DNA from: Mobula hypostoma
Lineage: Eukaryota
Length of the DNA: 64,000 nt
NCBI RefSeq assembly: GCF_963921235.1
Contig: NC_086097.1
Location: 200,076,001 to 200,140,000, forward strand
Direction of reading: 5' to 3'
The position numbers and the translations under genes are program-made. Under the pieces are notes generated by a model. It made no database searches. It saw nothing but the letters and a program-made list of their open reading frames with translations, and had not been told where the DNA came from. Below, piece after piece: positions 52,843-64,000 of the stretch (its first letter is position 1; each line of letters begins with the position of its first letter).

Positions 52843-55800
52843 TAACCATATAACCATATAAACATATAACAATTACAGCACGGAAACAGGCCATCTCGGC
52901 CCTTCTAGTCCATGCTGAACTCTTACTCTCACCTAGTCCCACCGACCTGCACTCAGCCCATAACCTTCCATTTCTTTCCTATCCATATAGCTGTCCAATT
53001 TAACTTTAACTGACAACATCGAACCTGCCTCAACCACTTCTGCTGGAAGCTCGTTCCACACAGCTACCACTCTCTGAGTAAAGAAGTTCCCCCTCATGTT
53101 ACCCCTAAACTTTTGCCCTTTAACTCTCAACTCATGTCCTCTTGTTTGGATCTCCCCCCACTCTCAATGGAAAAAGCCTATGCACGTCAACTCTATCTAT
53201 CCCCTTCATAATTTTAAATACCTCTCTCAAGTCACCCCTCAACCTTCTACGCTCCAAAGAATGAAGACCCAACTTGTTCAACCTTTCTCTGTAACTTAGG
53301 AGCTGAAACCCAGGCAACATTCTAGTACATCTCCTCTGTACTCTGTCAATTTTATTAACACCTTTCCTATAATTCGGTGACCAGAACTGTACACAATACT
53401 TCAAATTTGGCCTTACCAATGCCTTGTACAATTTCTACAGCGGCCCCTCAGGGAGTGGTAAGTGTATCTAGTGTTTGTTCTGTTTGTCCTAGACGCATAA
53501 CATACAGTCGGAATATGCTTGTTAACATCAGGGCGTACTATGTCGGAAAAACTGACGAGTTCTGGTGTGACATGGACAGCTTACGCCGCTACCAAGCCGG
53601 CTGCTTCCCGAGGGAGGAGGAAGCGAAAGCGCTGTGAGAGACGACAGAGGAGGGGTAAGAGGGCTGGCATCCATGCTAGGCTAAAAGCTAACCTCACTAG
53701 GCCAGCGGTACCGTCCCTGCTGCTCTCAAATGTCCGCTCCATCGACAACAAGCTGGATGAGCTGCGTCTGCTGAGAGAAACACGCAAGGAATTTGAAGAC
53801 TGCTGTGTGTATGTCTTAACGGAATCCTGGCTTCATGACAACATACCGGACGCAGCGATACAGCTAGAGGGAATGACATCGTTTCGTGCGGACAGAGAGG
53901 CAGCTAGCTCCGGTAAGAGCCGAGGAGGAGGTCTGTGTGTTTATGTAGACAAAGACTGGTGTGTGAACGCTACAGTAGCTGCTAAACGCTGCTCACCGCT
54001 GGCTGAATTTCTCATTGTGAAATGCCGGCCGTTCTATCTGCCAAGGGAATTCACCTTCATGCTTGTGGCAGCTTTTTACGAAGCTCCCAGTGCCAATGCT
54101 AAGGCTAATGTTAACGAAGCACTGGGAGGCCTACGTGAAGCCATTAGTGAGCTACTGACTATACATCCTGATAGCTGGGGACTTTAACCACACCAGCTTA
54201 AAGACTGTGTTCCCCAAATTCCTGCAATATGTGGATTTCAAAACCGGGGAGACAACACACTGGACTTGGTTTATATCAACACACCACAGGCATACGAAGC
54301 AGCCCCCTGCCCCCATCTTGGCCACTCTGACCACATATCTGTCATGTTAACACCAGCATATAAACCACTGCTTAAACGTGTAACGGCAGAGAAAAGAGAG
54401 ATAAGGGTCTGGCCAAAGGGAGCAGCCTCAGCACTACAAGACTGTTTTTTGCACACAGACTGGGATATATTCAAAACAGCAGCCTCCTATGATGACCATA
54501 CAGACATTGAGGAGTATGCGGAGGCAGTAACCAGCTACATAGCCAAATGCACGGAGGATGTCACTGTGGTGAAAACCTTCACCGCACGTGGTTATGAAAA
54601 GCCATGGATGACAACAGAGGTGCGTTCACTACTGAAGGCCCGTGACACAGCCTACAGATCGGGGGACAGGAGTGCGCTTTGCTCAGCCAGGTCTGCACTT
54701 TCACTCGGGATCAGGAAAGCGATAAGGGCCTACGTGGGCAAAATACATGGACACTTCTGTGACACAGGTGACACCAGACGGATGTGGCAGGGAATTAAAG
54801 CTCTGACAGACTACAAGATCAGGCAGAAAACTGATGACAGCGATGCCTCTCTACCAGACAGGCTGAACAATTTCTTTGCCTGCTTCGAAGCATCAAACAC
54901 TACAGCAAGGGGGAGAGCCAGTCTCTTCTTACCATCTGACCAGCCGGCTCCAATTATTGATCCAGAGCAAACACAGAGGACTCACGAAAAGCGGGAGGTG
55001 CCGACAACATCTCTGGATGCGTGCTCAAGGAATGTGCTGATGTATTAGCAGATGTCCTGACAGACATTTTCAACATCTCCCTCAGTTAAGCCATTGTCCC
55101 CAGATGCTTCAAAACCTCCACAATCATCCCTGTAGCAAAGAAATCAGTTGTAGCCTGTCTGAATGATTACCGTCCCATTGCCCTGACCCCCATAGTGATG
55201 AAATGTTTTGAACGGCTTGTCAAGCCTCACAGTCAAGCTGGCTTGTCACAGCCAGCCTCCCCTCATCGCTGGATCCTCTATAGTTTGCTTATCGTCCAAA
55301 TCGCTCTACAGAGGACTCAGTATCCACCCACTGCACACAGTTCTCTCTCACTTGGGCAACAAAGACACTTATGCCAGAATCCTGTACATTGATTTCAGTT
55401 CAGCATTCAATACCATCATCCCGCAGAGACTAGTGGAGAAACTATCGCTGCTTAGCCTTAGCACTGCCACGTGTCACTGGATTCTGGATTTCTTGACAGA
55501 GAGACCGCAGTCAGTCCGTGTTGGCAGGAACATCTCTGACTCCATCACACTGAGCACTGGATCCCCACAAGGCTGTGTGCTTAGCCCATTGCTGTTTACA
55601 CCGCTAACACATGACTGTGCAGCCAGATTCAAGGAGAACCTGATCATTAAATTTGCTGATGAGCCCCACAGTGGCGGGGCTCATCAGCAAAAATGATGAA
55701 ACAATGTACAGGGAGGAGGTCAAACACCTAGAGAGATGGTGCAGAGATAACAACTTGATGCTTAATGTCACCAAAACCAAGGAGATGATCGTCGATTTCA

Positions 55801-58572
55801 GCCGGTCTCAGCCTGAGCACACACCCCTCAGCATCAGCGGCTCCACAGTGGAGAGAGTGGAAAACATCGAGTTCCTTGGGGTGCAGATCTCGGACAATCT
55901 CACCTGGTCCAGGAAAACCACTGGGATTGTGAAACGGGCCCAGCAGAGATTGCACTTTCTGAGGAAGCTTAAACAAGCATCACTCCCCACTAACATCTTA
56001 ACTATATTCTACAGAGGCATGGTTGAGAACGTGCTGACCTTTTGCATCACAACCTGGTACTCCAGCTGCAGTGCTGTCGACAAAAAAGCTTTGCAGAGGG
56101 TGGTTAGGGGAGCAGAGAAGGTTATTGGGGTCTCCCTACCTCTGTCCAAGATCTCTTTCAGAGTTGATGCCTCCAGAAGACACGGTACATCATTAAAGAC
56201 CCCTCACACCCTCTGCATGAACTGGTTGTTCTTCTGCCATCAGGCAAACGTTACAGGAGCATCAAAACTAAAACCACAATGCTACTAAACAGCTTCCTCC
56301 CACAGGCAGTCAGACTGCTAAACAGCTGCTCTACCTGACTCTGCTTTGGACACTTCTAACTTGCACTGGACACTTATAACTTGATTTTAACTGACATGTG
56401 GCTGTTGTGTTTTACTGACATGATTTTAACTGACATGTGGCTGTTGTGGCTGTTCGTATTGTTATGTTTATTATTTAGTGTTGCGTTTGTTATGTTATGA
56501 TTGCACTGCTCCTGGGAAACGCTGTCTCATTCTGCCCTGCAGAGCTGATGTATGGTTAGAATGACAATAAAGTTTTTTGAATCTTTGAATCTTTTGAACA
56601 TTGCATCCCAACTCCTATACTCAATGCTCTGATTAATAAAGGCCAGCATACCAAAACCTTTCATCACCACCCTATCCACATGAGATCCCACCTTCAGGGA
56701 ACTATGCACCATTGTTTCTAGATCCCTCTGTTCTACTGCATTCTTCAATGCCCTACCATTTACCATGTATGTCCTATTTTGATTAGGCCTATCAAAATGT
56801 AGCACTCACATTTATCAGCATTAAACTCCATCTGCCATCTTTCAGCTCACTCTTCTAACTGGTCTAATTTTCCCTGCAAGCTTTGAAAACCTACTTCATT
56901 ATCCACAACTCCACCTATTTTAGTATCATCTGCATACTTACTCATCTAATTTACCACCCCATCATCCAGATCATTAATAGATATGACAAACAACATTGGA
57001 CCCAGTACAGATCCCTGAGGCACAGCACTAGACACCGGCCTCCAATCTGACACACAGTTATCCACCACTACTCTCTGGCGTCTCCCATCCAGCCACTGCT
57101 GAATGCTTTTCACTTCTTTGATATTAATACCTAACGATGGAACCTTCCTACCTAACCTTCCATGTGGAATCTTGTCAAAGGCCTTACTGAAGTCTATATA
57201 GTCAACATCCACCATTTTACCCTCGTCAACTTTCCTAGTAACTTCTTCAAAAAGTTCAATAAGATTTGTCAAACATGACCTTCCACGCACAAATCCGTGT
57301 TGACTGTTCCTAATCAGACCCTGTCTATCCAGATAATTATATATACCATCTCTAAGAATACTTTCCATCAATTTCCCCACCACTGACATCAAACTCACAG
57401 GCCGATAATTGCTAAGATTTACTCTTAGAACCCTTTTTAAACAATGGAACAACATGATCAATACGCCAATACTCCGGCACCATCCTCATTTCTAATGACG
57501 TTTGAAATATTTCTGTCAGAGTCCCTGCTATTTCCATACTAGCTTCCCTCAAGGTCCTAGAGAATATCCTGTCTGGACCCGGAGACTTATCCACTGTTAT
57601 ATTCCTTAAAAGCGCCAGTACTTCCTCTTCTTTAATCATCTTACTTTCCACAACTACCCTTCTTGTTTCCCTTACCTTACACAATTCAATATCCTTCTCC
57701 GTAGTGAATACCGAAGAAAAGAAATTGTCAAAATCTCCCCCATCTCTTATGGCTCCGCACATAGCTGTCCACTCTGATTCTCTAAGGGACCAATTTTATC
57801 CCTCACTATCCTTTTGCTATTAATATAACTGTAGAAACCCTTTGGATTTATTTTCACCTTACTTGCCAAAGCAGCCTCATATCTTCTTTTAGCATTTCTA
57901 ATTTCTTTCTTAAGATTCTTTTTACATTCTTTATATTCCTCAATCACCTCATTTACTCCAAGCTGCTTGTATCTATTGTAGGTCCCTCTCTCTTTCCGAA
58001 CCAAGTTTCCAATATCCCTTGAAAACCATGGCTCTCTCAAACTTTTAACCTTTCCTTTCAACCTAACAGGAACATAAAGATCCTGTACCCTCAAAATTTC
58101 ACCTTTAAATGACCGCCATATCTCTATTACATCCTTCCCATAAAACCAATTGTCCCAATCCACTCCTTCTAAATCCTTTCACATCTCCTCAAAGTTAGCC
58201 TTTCTCCAATCAAAAATCTCAACCCCGGGTCCAGTCCTATCCTTCTCCATAATTATATTGAAACTGATGGGATTGTGAACACTGGACCCCACCTGGCCTA
58301 TCTCATTCCCTTATAGGAGATCCAACACTGCCCCTTCTCTAGTTGGTACCTCTATGTATTGCTGCAGAAAACTATCTTGCACACACTTTACAAACTCCAA
58401 ACCATCCAGCCCTTTTACAGAATGGGCTTCCCAGTCAATGTGTGGAAAATTAATACCTCCCACAATCACAACCTTGTGCTTAGTACAAATACCTGCGATC
58501 TCCTTACAAATTTACTCCTCCAATTCTTGCTCCCCATTAGGTGGTCTATAATACACCCCTATAAGCGTCACT
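52843..58572 (-). mobile_element. CR1 LINE (same subfamily as 44927-46646), 5'-truncated in APE, split by Rex1
   Basis: Near-identical 3' end and tail to 44927; RT at 56600-57760; GVYYRPPNG at the 5' end. Confidence 0.92.
53436..56596 (+). mobile_element. Near full-length Rex1/Babar LINE (single APE-RT ORF, frameshifted)
   Basis: Basic N-terminus [82 protein letters not shown]; (ttgaatct)n tail. Confidence 0.93.
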
Positions 58573-58634
58573 AGTACATGCAGTATGGAGGCTAAGTATG
58601 TTTGTATGTTTAAGGCAAAAGTTGATAGATTCTT

Positions 58635-58806
58635 CACAAACAAGAGAAAATCAGCAGTTGCTGGAAATTCGAGCAACACATACAAAATACTGGAGGAACT
58701 CAGCAGGCCAGGCAGGACTTCTGAAGGATTTCGGCTTGAAAAGTCAACTGTACTTTTTTCCATAGATGTTGCCTGGCCTGCTGAGTCCCTCCAGCATTTT
58801 GTGCGT
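58635..58806. mobile_element. Penelope-derived hairpin short element with a 14-bp TSD
   Basis: Inverted arms caaaatactggaggaactcagcaggccaggca / tgcctggcctgctgagtccctccagcattttg; TSD gttgatagattctt at 58621-58634 and 58807-58820. Confidence 0.8.
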
Positions 58807-58959
58807 GTTGATAGATTCTTGACTGGTCAAGGCAAGAAGGGATACGGGGTGAAGGCCAGAGATTGGGGCTGAGAGGGAAAATGGATCAGCCATGATGAAA
58901 TGCTGGAGCAGACTCGATGGGCCCAATGACCTGATTCTGCTCCTATATCTTATGGTCTT

Positions 58960-59235
58960 AACAATCGATTCCAACATCTCCCCAATCATTGGGGTCAGAC
59001 TAACTGGTCTATAATCTTCTTTCTTTTGCCTCTCTCCCTCCTTGAAGAGTGGAATGACATTTGCAATTTTCCGGTTTTCCAGAACCATTCCAGAACCTAA
59101 TAATTCTGATAAGATCATTACTAATGCATCCACAATCTCTTCAGCCACCACTTTCGGAACCCTGGTGTGTCCACCATCTGGTCCAGGAGACTTAATTATC
59201 TGCAGACCTTTCAGTTTTTCAAGAACCTTCTTCTT
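58960..59235 (-). mobile_element. CR1 RT N-terminal fragment
   Basis: KSPGPDG..ANVIPLFK..DYRPVSLT. Confidence 0.75.
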
Positions 59236-59859
59236 AGGAAGGAGGACAAGGTGAGGTGATGTCTTAGCAGAGATTTCTTTGTGGAGTCCTTGAGAAGCAC
59301 TGAGCATTGTTTTCCTCACATCCATTAACGTGGAGCAAGGTGGCCACTCCACCAGGCACTGGTGATGGAGTAGATTGATGAGGATTTTTTTTTGTGAACA
59401 CTAGTTTTATTTGTCACATGTACTATTTGGATGGTAATGTTGTTAACTTGGTTAGTAAGTTTGCAGATAACACCAAAATTGCTGATGCAGTTGACAGTGA
59501 AGAAGGTCCTCTATGATTACAATGGGATTTAGATGAACTGCAGAAGTGGTCCTAGGAATGGCTGATGATGTGGTCTTTCATTTATTCTATTATGGTTCTT
59601 GGATTTATTGAATATGCCTGTAAAAATGAATTTCTGGGTTCTATATGGGGACATACTATATATGCACTTTGATAATAAATTTACTTTGAACTCTGAACTT
59701 AACTCAGAAAAGTGTGAGATGTTATATTTTGGTCAGGTAAACCAGAGCAGGACCTAAACAATAAACAGTAGGGCCCTGGAAAGTGTTGTAGAAGAGAGAG
59801 ATCTAAAGGTCTAGCTTCTTTCAAAGTAGCAACACAGGTGGACAAGACAATATTGGGCC

Positions 59860-61190
59860 ACTGGAAAATGATGCTGGTAAGGTAGCAATGGGGTTAAAGA
59901 ATTTATTAAGTACTTTGCTTCAGTCTTCACTGTGGAAGACACTGACTGAATGCCAGAGGTCCATGAGTGTCAGGGAGCAGGAATGAGTGCCATTGCTATT
60001 ACCAAGAAAAAAGTGCTAGGCAAACTGAAAGATCTTAAGGTGAATAAGTCACCTGGACTATATGGACTACATCCCTGAGCCCTGAAAGAGGTTGCTGAAG
60101 AGATAATGAAAATTGCAAATGTCACTCCACTCTTTAAGAAGGGTGGAAGACAAAAGCAAGGAGTCAGTATTAGGACCACTACTTTTCACATTGTTTGTCA
60201 ATGATTTAGATAGAGAAATTGATGGCTTTGTGGCAAAGTTTGCAGATGATACGAAGATAGGTGGAGTTGTAAGTAATGCTGAGGAACCAATGCAATTGCA
60301 GCAGGACTTCAACAAATTGGAAGAATGGGCAAAAAGTGGCAGATGGAATACAGTGTTGGGAAATGTATGATAATGCATATTGGTAAAAGAAACAATCATG
60401 CAGACTATTATCTAGATGGAGAGAAAATTCAAACAAAAGAGGTGGAAAGGGCCTTAGGGAGTCCTCGAGCAAGGCTCCCAAAGGGCTCATTTAGAGATTG
60501 AGTCTGTGGTAGAGAAGGCAAATGTAATGTTGTCATTTACTTCAAGGGGATTAGAACATAAAAACAAGGAGATAATGCTGAATCTTTATCGGACACCAAG
60601 TCAGGCTACACTTAGAATATTGTCAACAGTTTTGAACCCTATATCTCTGAAAGGATGTGTTGTCATTGGAGAGAGTCCAGAGGAGGTTCATGAGGATAAT
60701 TCCGGGAATGAAGTGGTTAACATATGAGGAGCATTTGGCAGCTCTGGGCCTATACTCACTGGAATTTAGAAGAATGCGGGGGAATCTCATTGAAACCTAC
60801 CGAATGTTGAAAGGACTAGATAAGATAGATGTGAAGAGGATGTTTCCTCTGGTGGGGGTAACCAAAACTAGAGGGCACAGCCTCAAAATTGAGGGGTGAC
60901 CCTTTAGAACAGAAGTAAGAGTGGAATTTTTTTAGCCAGAGAGTTGTGAATCTGTGGAATGCTCTGTCGCAGACTGCGGTGGAGGCCAAGTCTGTGGGTA
61001 TATTTAAAGTAGAAGTTGATAGATTCCTGATTAGTCGGGGCATCAAGGGATATGGTGAGAGGGCAGGTGTATGGGGGTGTATGAGCTCCAGGAACAGTCA
61101 TGATGATAAAATGGTGAAGTGGACTCAAAGGGATGAATGGCCTAATTCAGCTACTGAATGGCCAAATTCTGCTACTATGTCTTTTGGTCT
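59860..61190 (+). mobile_element. CR1 LINE fragment with internal deletions
   Basis: SVLGPLLFTLFVNDLD..FADDTKIGG; LGLYSLEFRRMRGNLIETY; 3' UTR. Confidence 0.85.
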
Positions 61191-62499
61191 CATTCGTCAA
61201 GCATTCATGGGCACATACACAGTCACACAGAGACACAAGCCTAAATCAGTGAGGGAGGGAGGAGAAGGAGGTAAAGAGCGTGTGAATAGGATTTGGAAAG
61301 AGGGGAGAACCATTAGGTTGACATATGGAATGAGGTCAGAGGTCAAGAAGGATATGAAAGGAGAGTAGATTCAGGGTCAGGGAGGTCTGAGAGGAGGAGG
61401 AAACAAGAGGCAGATGAGTGTGAGATTGGAAAGAGGCATTGGAATCTGACTGTACTGGAAAGTTTAAAAGCAACTTGTGAGGCAGACACCTTGTGAGCTC
61501 AATGCTTATTCAGGTTTTTCATGTAGTACTCTGCTCAATTCATCAACAGTCTCTATCTCCACATGAGGGAGCTTTAGAACAACATTATAAAATTGCATGG
61601 AGTATGAAAATCAAGTGCAACAACTAGAAATCTGAAATAAAACAGGAATATTGAAAACATATTAGCCAATCTGAAAAGAGTTAGACAGTTCTCGTTGTTG
61701 GCTAATTTTCAGAAATTGAATCTAAATGAAAAGGCACTCACATAAAATTTTTCAGAGGAATCAGGTCTTTTTGCCAAGTCCACACTTACTCCCATCTCAG
61801 AAATAAATAAAAGTCAACTCAATTACAGTGGGTCTGGAGTCACATAGAGACCAAAGTATATAAGCGAACAGATTTTCTTCCGTGAATTATATCAGTTAAT
61901 CTTGATGGATTTTTTACTGTGTCACTGCTATTAATACTAGCATTTGATTTCACATTTCATTTAACTGAATTCAAATGCCACACTGCTTTACTGGAAGTTA
62001 ATTTTTAAAATCCAGATTATTGATCTAGTCTCCAAAATTAGTCCTCTCTGTTACTATTTCCACAGTATTAACTCTAGGCAAAATGAAGAGGACAGAACAA
62101 AAGGTAATTATGAAGTAGTTATGAATACTAACATGTGTCACAGGGAAGAATTGTGACAGGCTTTTATTTAAACAAGAATTAAAATTGTGCAAACATGCTT
62201 GAAAACTACCTACTCAGAACATAATGAAAAGGCCACAAGATACATGACCATGAAAACGGCTACATATAATGTTTTATGTCTAGGTTACTCAGCTGAAATA
62301 TGAAAATTAGGGAAACACATATTCAGCCACTTAAAGTTCTATAGTCAATTTTTCCAGTAGCTAAATGTACTTTGAGCTCCATAATATTTTTGTCTGTAAT
62401 CTGTCTAAGCTTTCAAGTAAATTTTTGCTGAAATATATCTATAATGAATTTATTTTCATGAGCAATATTTATTTTCTGATTACTTGTCTAAGGTCAAGC

Positions 62500-63725
62500 A
62501 CATTGATGAAGGCAGAACCGTAGATGTAGTTTATATGGATTTTAGCAAGGCATTTGATAAGGTACCCCCCTTCAAGGCTCATTGAGAAATTAAGGAGGCA
62601 TGGGATCCAAGGGAACATTGCTTTGTGGATCTAGAGCTGGCTTGCCCACAGAAGGCAAAGAGTGGTTGTAGACAGGTCATATTCTGCATGGAGGTTGGTG
62701 ACCAGTGGTGTGCCTCAGGGATCTGTTCTGGGACCACTACTCTTTGTGATATTTATAAATGACCTGGATGAGGAAGTGGAGGGAAGGGTTAGTCAATTTG
62801 CTGATGACACAAAGGTTGGGGGTGTTGCGGATAGTGTGGAGGGCTGTCAGAGGTTACAGCAGGTCATTGATAGGATGCAAAACTGGGCTGAGAAGTGGCA
62901 GATGGAGTCCAACCCAGATAAGTGTAAGGTAGTTCATTTTGGTATGTCAAATATGATGGCAGAATATAAATGGTAAGACTCTTGGCAGTGTGGAGGATCA
63001 GAGGGATCTTGGGGTCCGAGTCCATGGGACACTCAAAGCTGCTATGCAGGTTGACCTTGTGGTTAAGAAGGCATACGGTGCATTGGCCCTCATCAATCGT
63101 GGGATTGAGTTTAAGAGCTGAGAGGTAATGTTGCAGCTATAGGACCCTGGTCTGATCCCACTTGGAGTACTGTACTCAGTTCTGGTCACCTCACTATAGG
63201 AAGGACGTGGAAACCATAGAAAGGGTGCAGAGGAGATTTACAAGGATGTTGCCTGGATTGGGGAGCATGCCTTATGAGAATAGGTTGAGTGAACTCAGCC
63301 TTTCCTCCTTAGAGCGACGGAGGATGAGAGGTGACTTGATAGAGGTGTACAAGATAATGAGAGGCATTGATCATGTGGATAGTCAGAGGCTTTTTCCCAC
63401 GGCTTAAATTGCTAGCATGAGAGGGCATAGTTTTAAGGTGCTTGGAAGTAAGTCCAGAAGAGATGTCAGGGGTAAGTTTTTTTTACGCAGAGAGTGATGA
63501 GTGTGTGGAATGGGCTGCCGGCGGCGGTGGTGGAGGTGGAAACGATAGGGTCTTTTAAGAGACTCCTGGATGGCTACATGAAGCTTAGGAAAATAGAGGA
63601 CTATGGGTAAAGCCTAGGTAGTTCTCAGGTAGGGACATTTTCGGCACAGCTTTGTGGGCCGAAGGGCCTGTATTGTGCTGTATGTTTTCTATGTTTCTGT
63701 GTTTCTATGTTTCTATGTTTCTATG
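62500..63725 (+). mobile_element. CR1 LINE 3' fragment
   Basis: [36 protein letters not shown]; (tttctatg)n tail at 63686-63725. Confidence 0.92.
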
Positions 63726-64000
63726 TCATTGGCTTGCAAGCAAAAGGGAAAATATCCTGGGGAAGTAGAATAGATGATATTGGAAAGGGGGTGCTGAATG
63801 AATTTAACAATTAATTATTGTCTGTAATTAGTGTGGAGAACAGGAACATCAAGAAAAAAAGCAAGTCTTACTGAAACGAAGGCCAGAAAACTCTGTCTTG
63901 CTTACTATGAAGTAAAAATTGATACATTTAATAATTTATTAATCCCGCTAAAGTCCTCTTTTATACATTATCTCAACAATAAGGGTCTGATTTTCATTTC

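Overview
Vertebrate genomic DNA, almost certainly a cartilaginous fish (inferred from the repeat families and the protein sequence). The window appears to lie inside one large minus-strand gene, the voltage-gated K+ channel KCNQ3 (Kv7.3). Two coding exons are visible: 46768-46863 ([32 protein letters not shown]) and 33662-33756 ([32 protein letters not shown]), and the second ends in a non-canonical GC donor. The rest is intron, densely filled with retroelements: many CR1 LINEs (one near full length, one with an uninterrupted 515-aa RT frame), Rex1/Babar LINEs (one near full length), an internally deleted sushi-like chromovirus LTR element, a HERO-clade remnant, Penelope-derived repeats with minimal hammerhead-ribozyme-like motifs, several SINE types, small hAT-type MITEs and microsatellites. 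Most ORFs in the supplied track are retroelement fragments or noise. I found no prokaryotic system, CRISPR array or genuine RNA gene. The best leads are the hammerhead-bearing Penelope hairpin elements, the GC-AG intron, a 22-bp perfect hairpin and the RT-less chromovirus. Repeat boundaries are approximate unless a TSD or terminal motif is quoted, and family assignments come from recalled motifs, not a database search.
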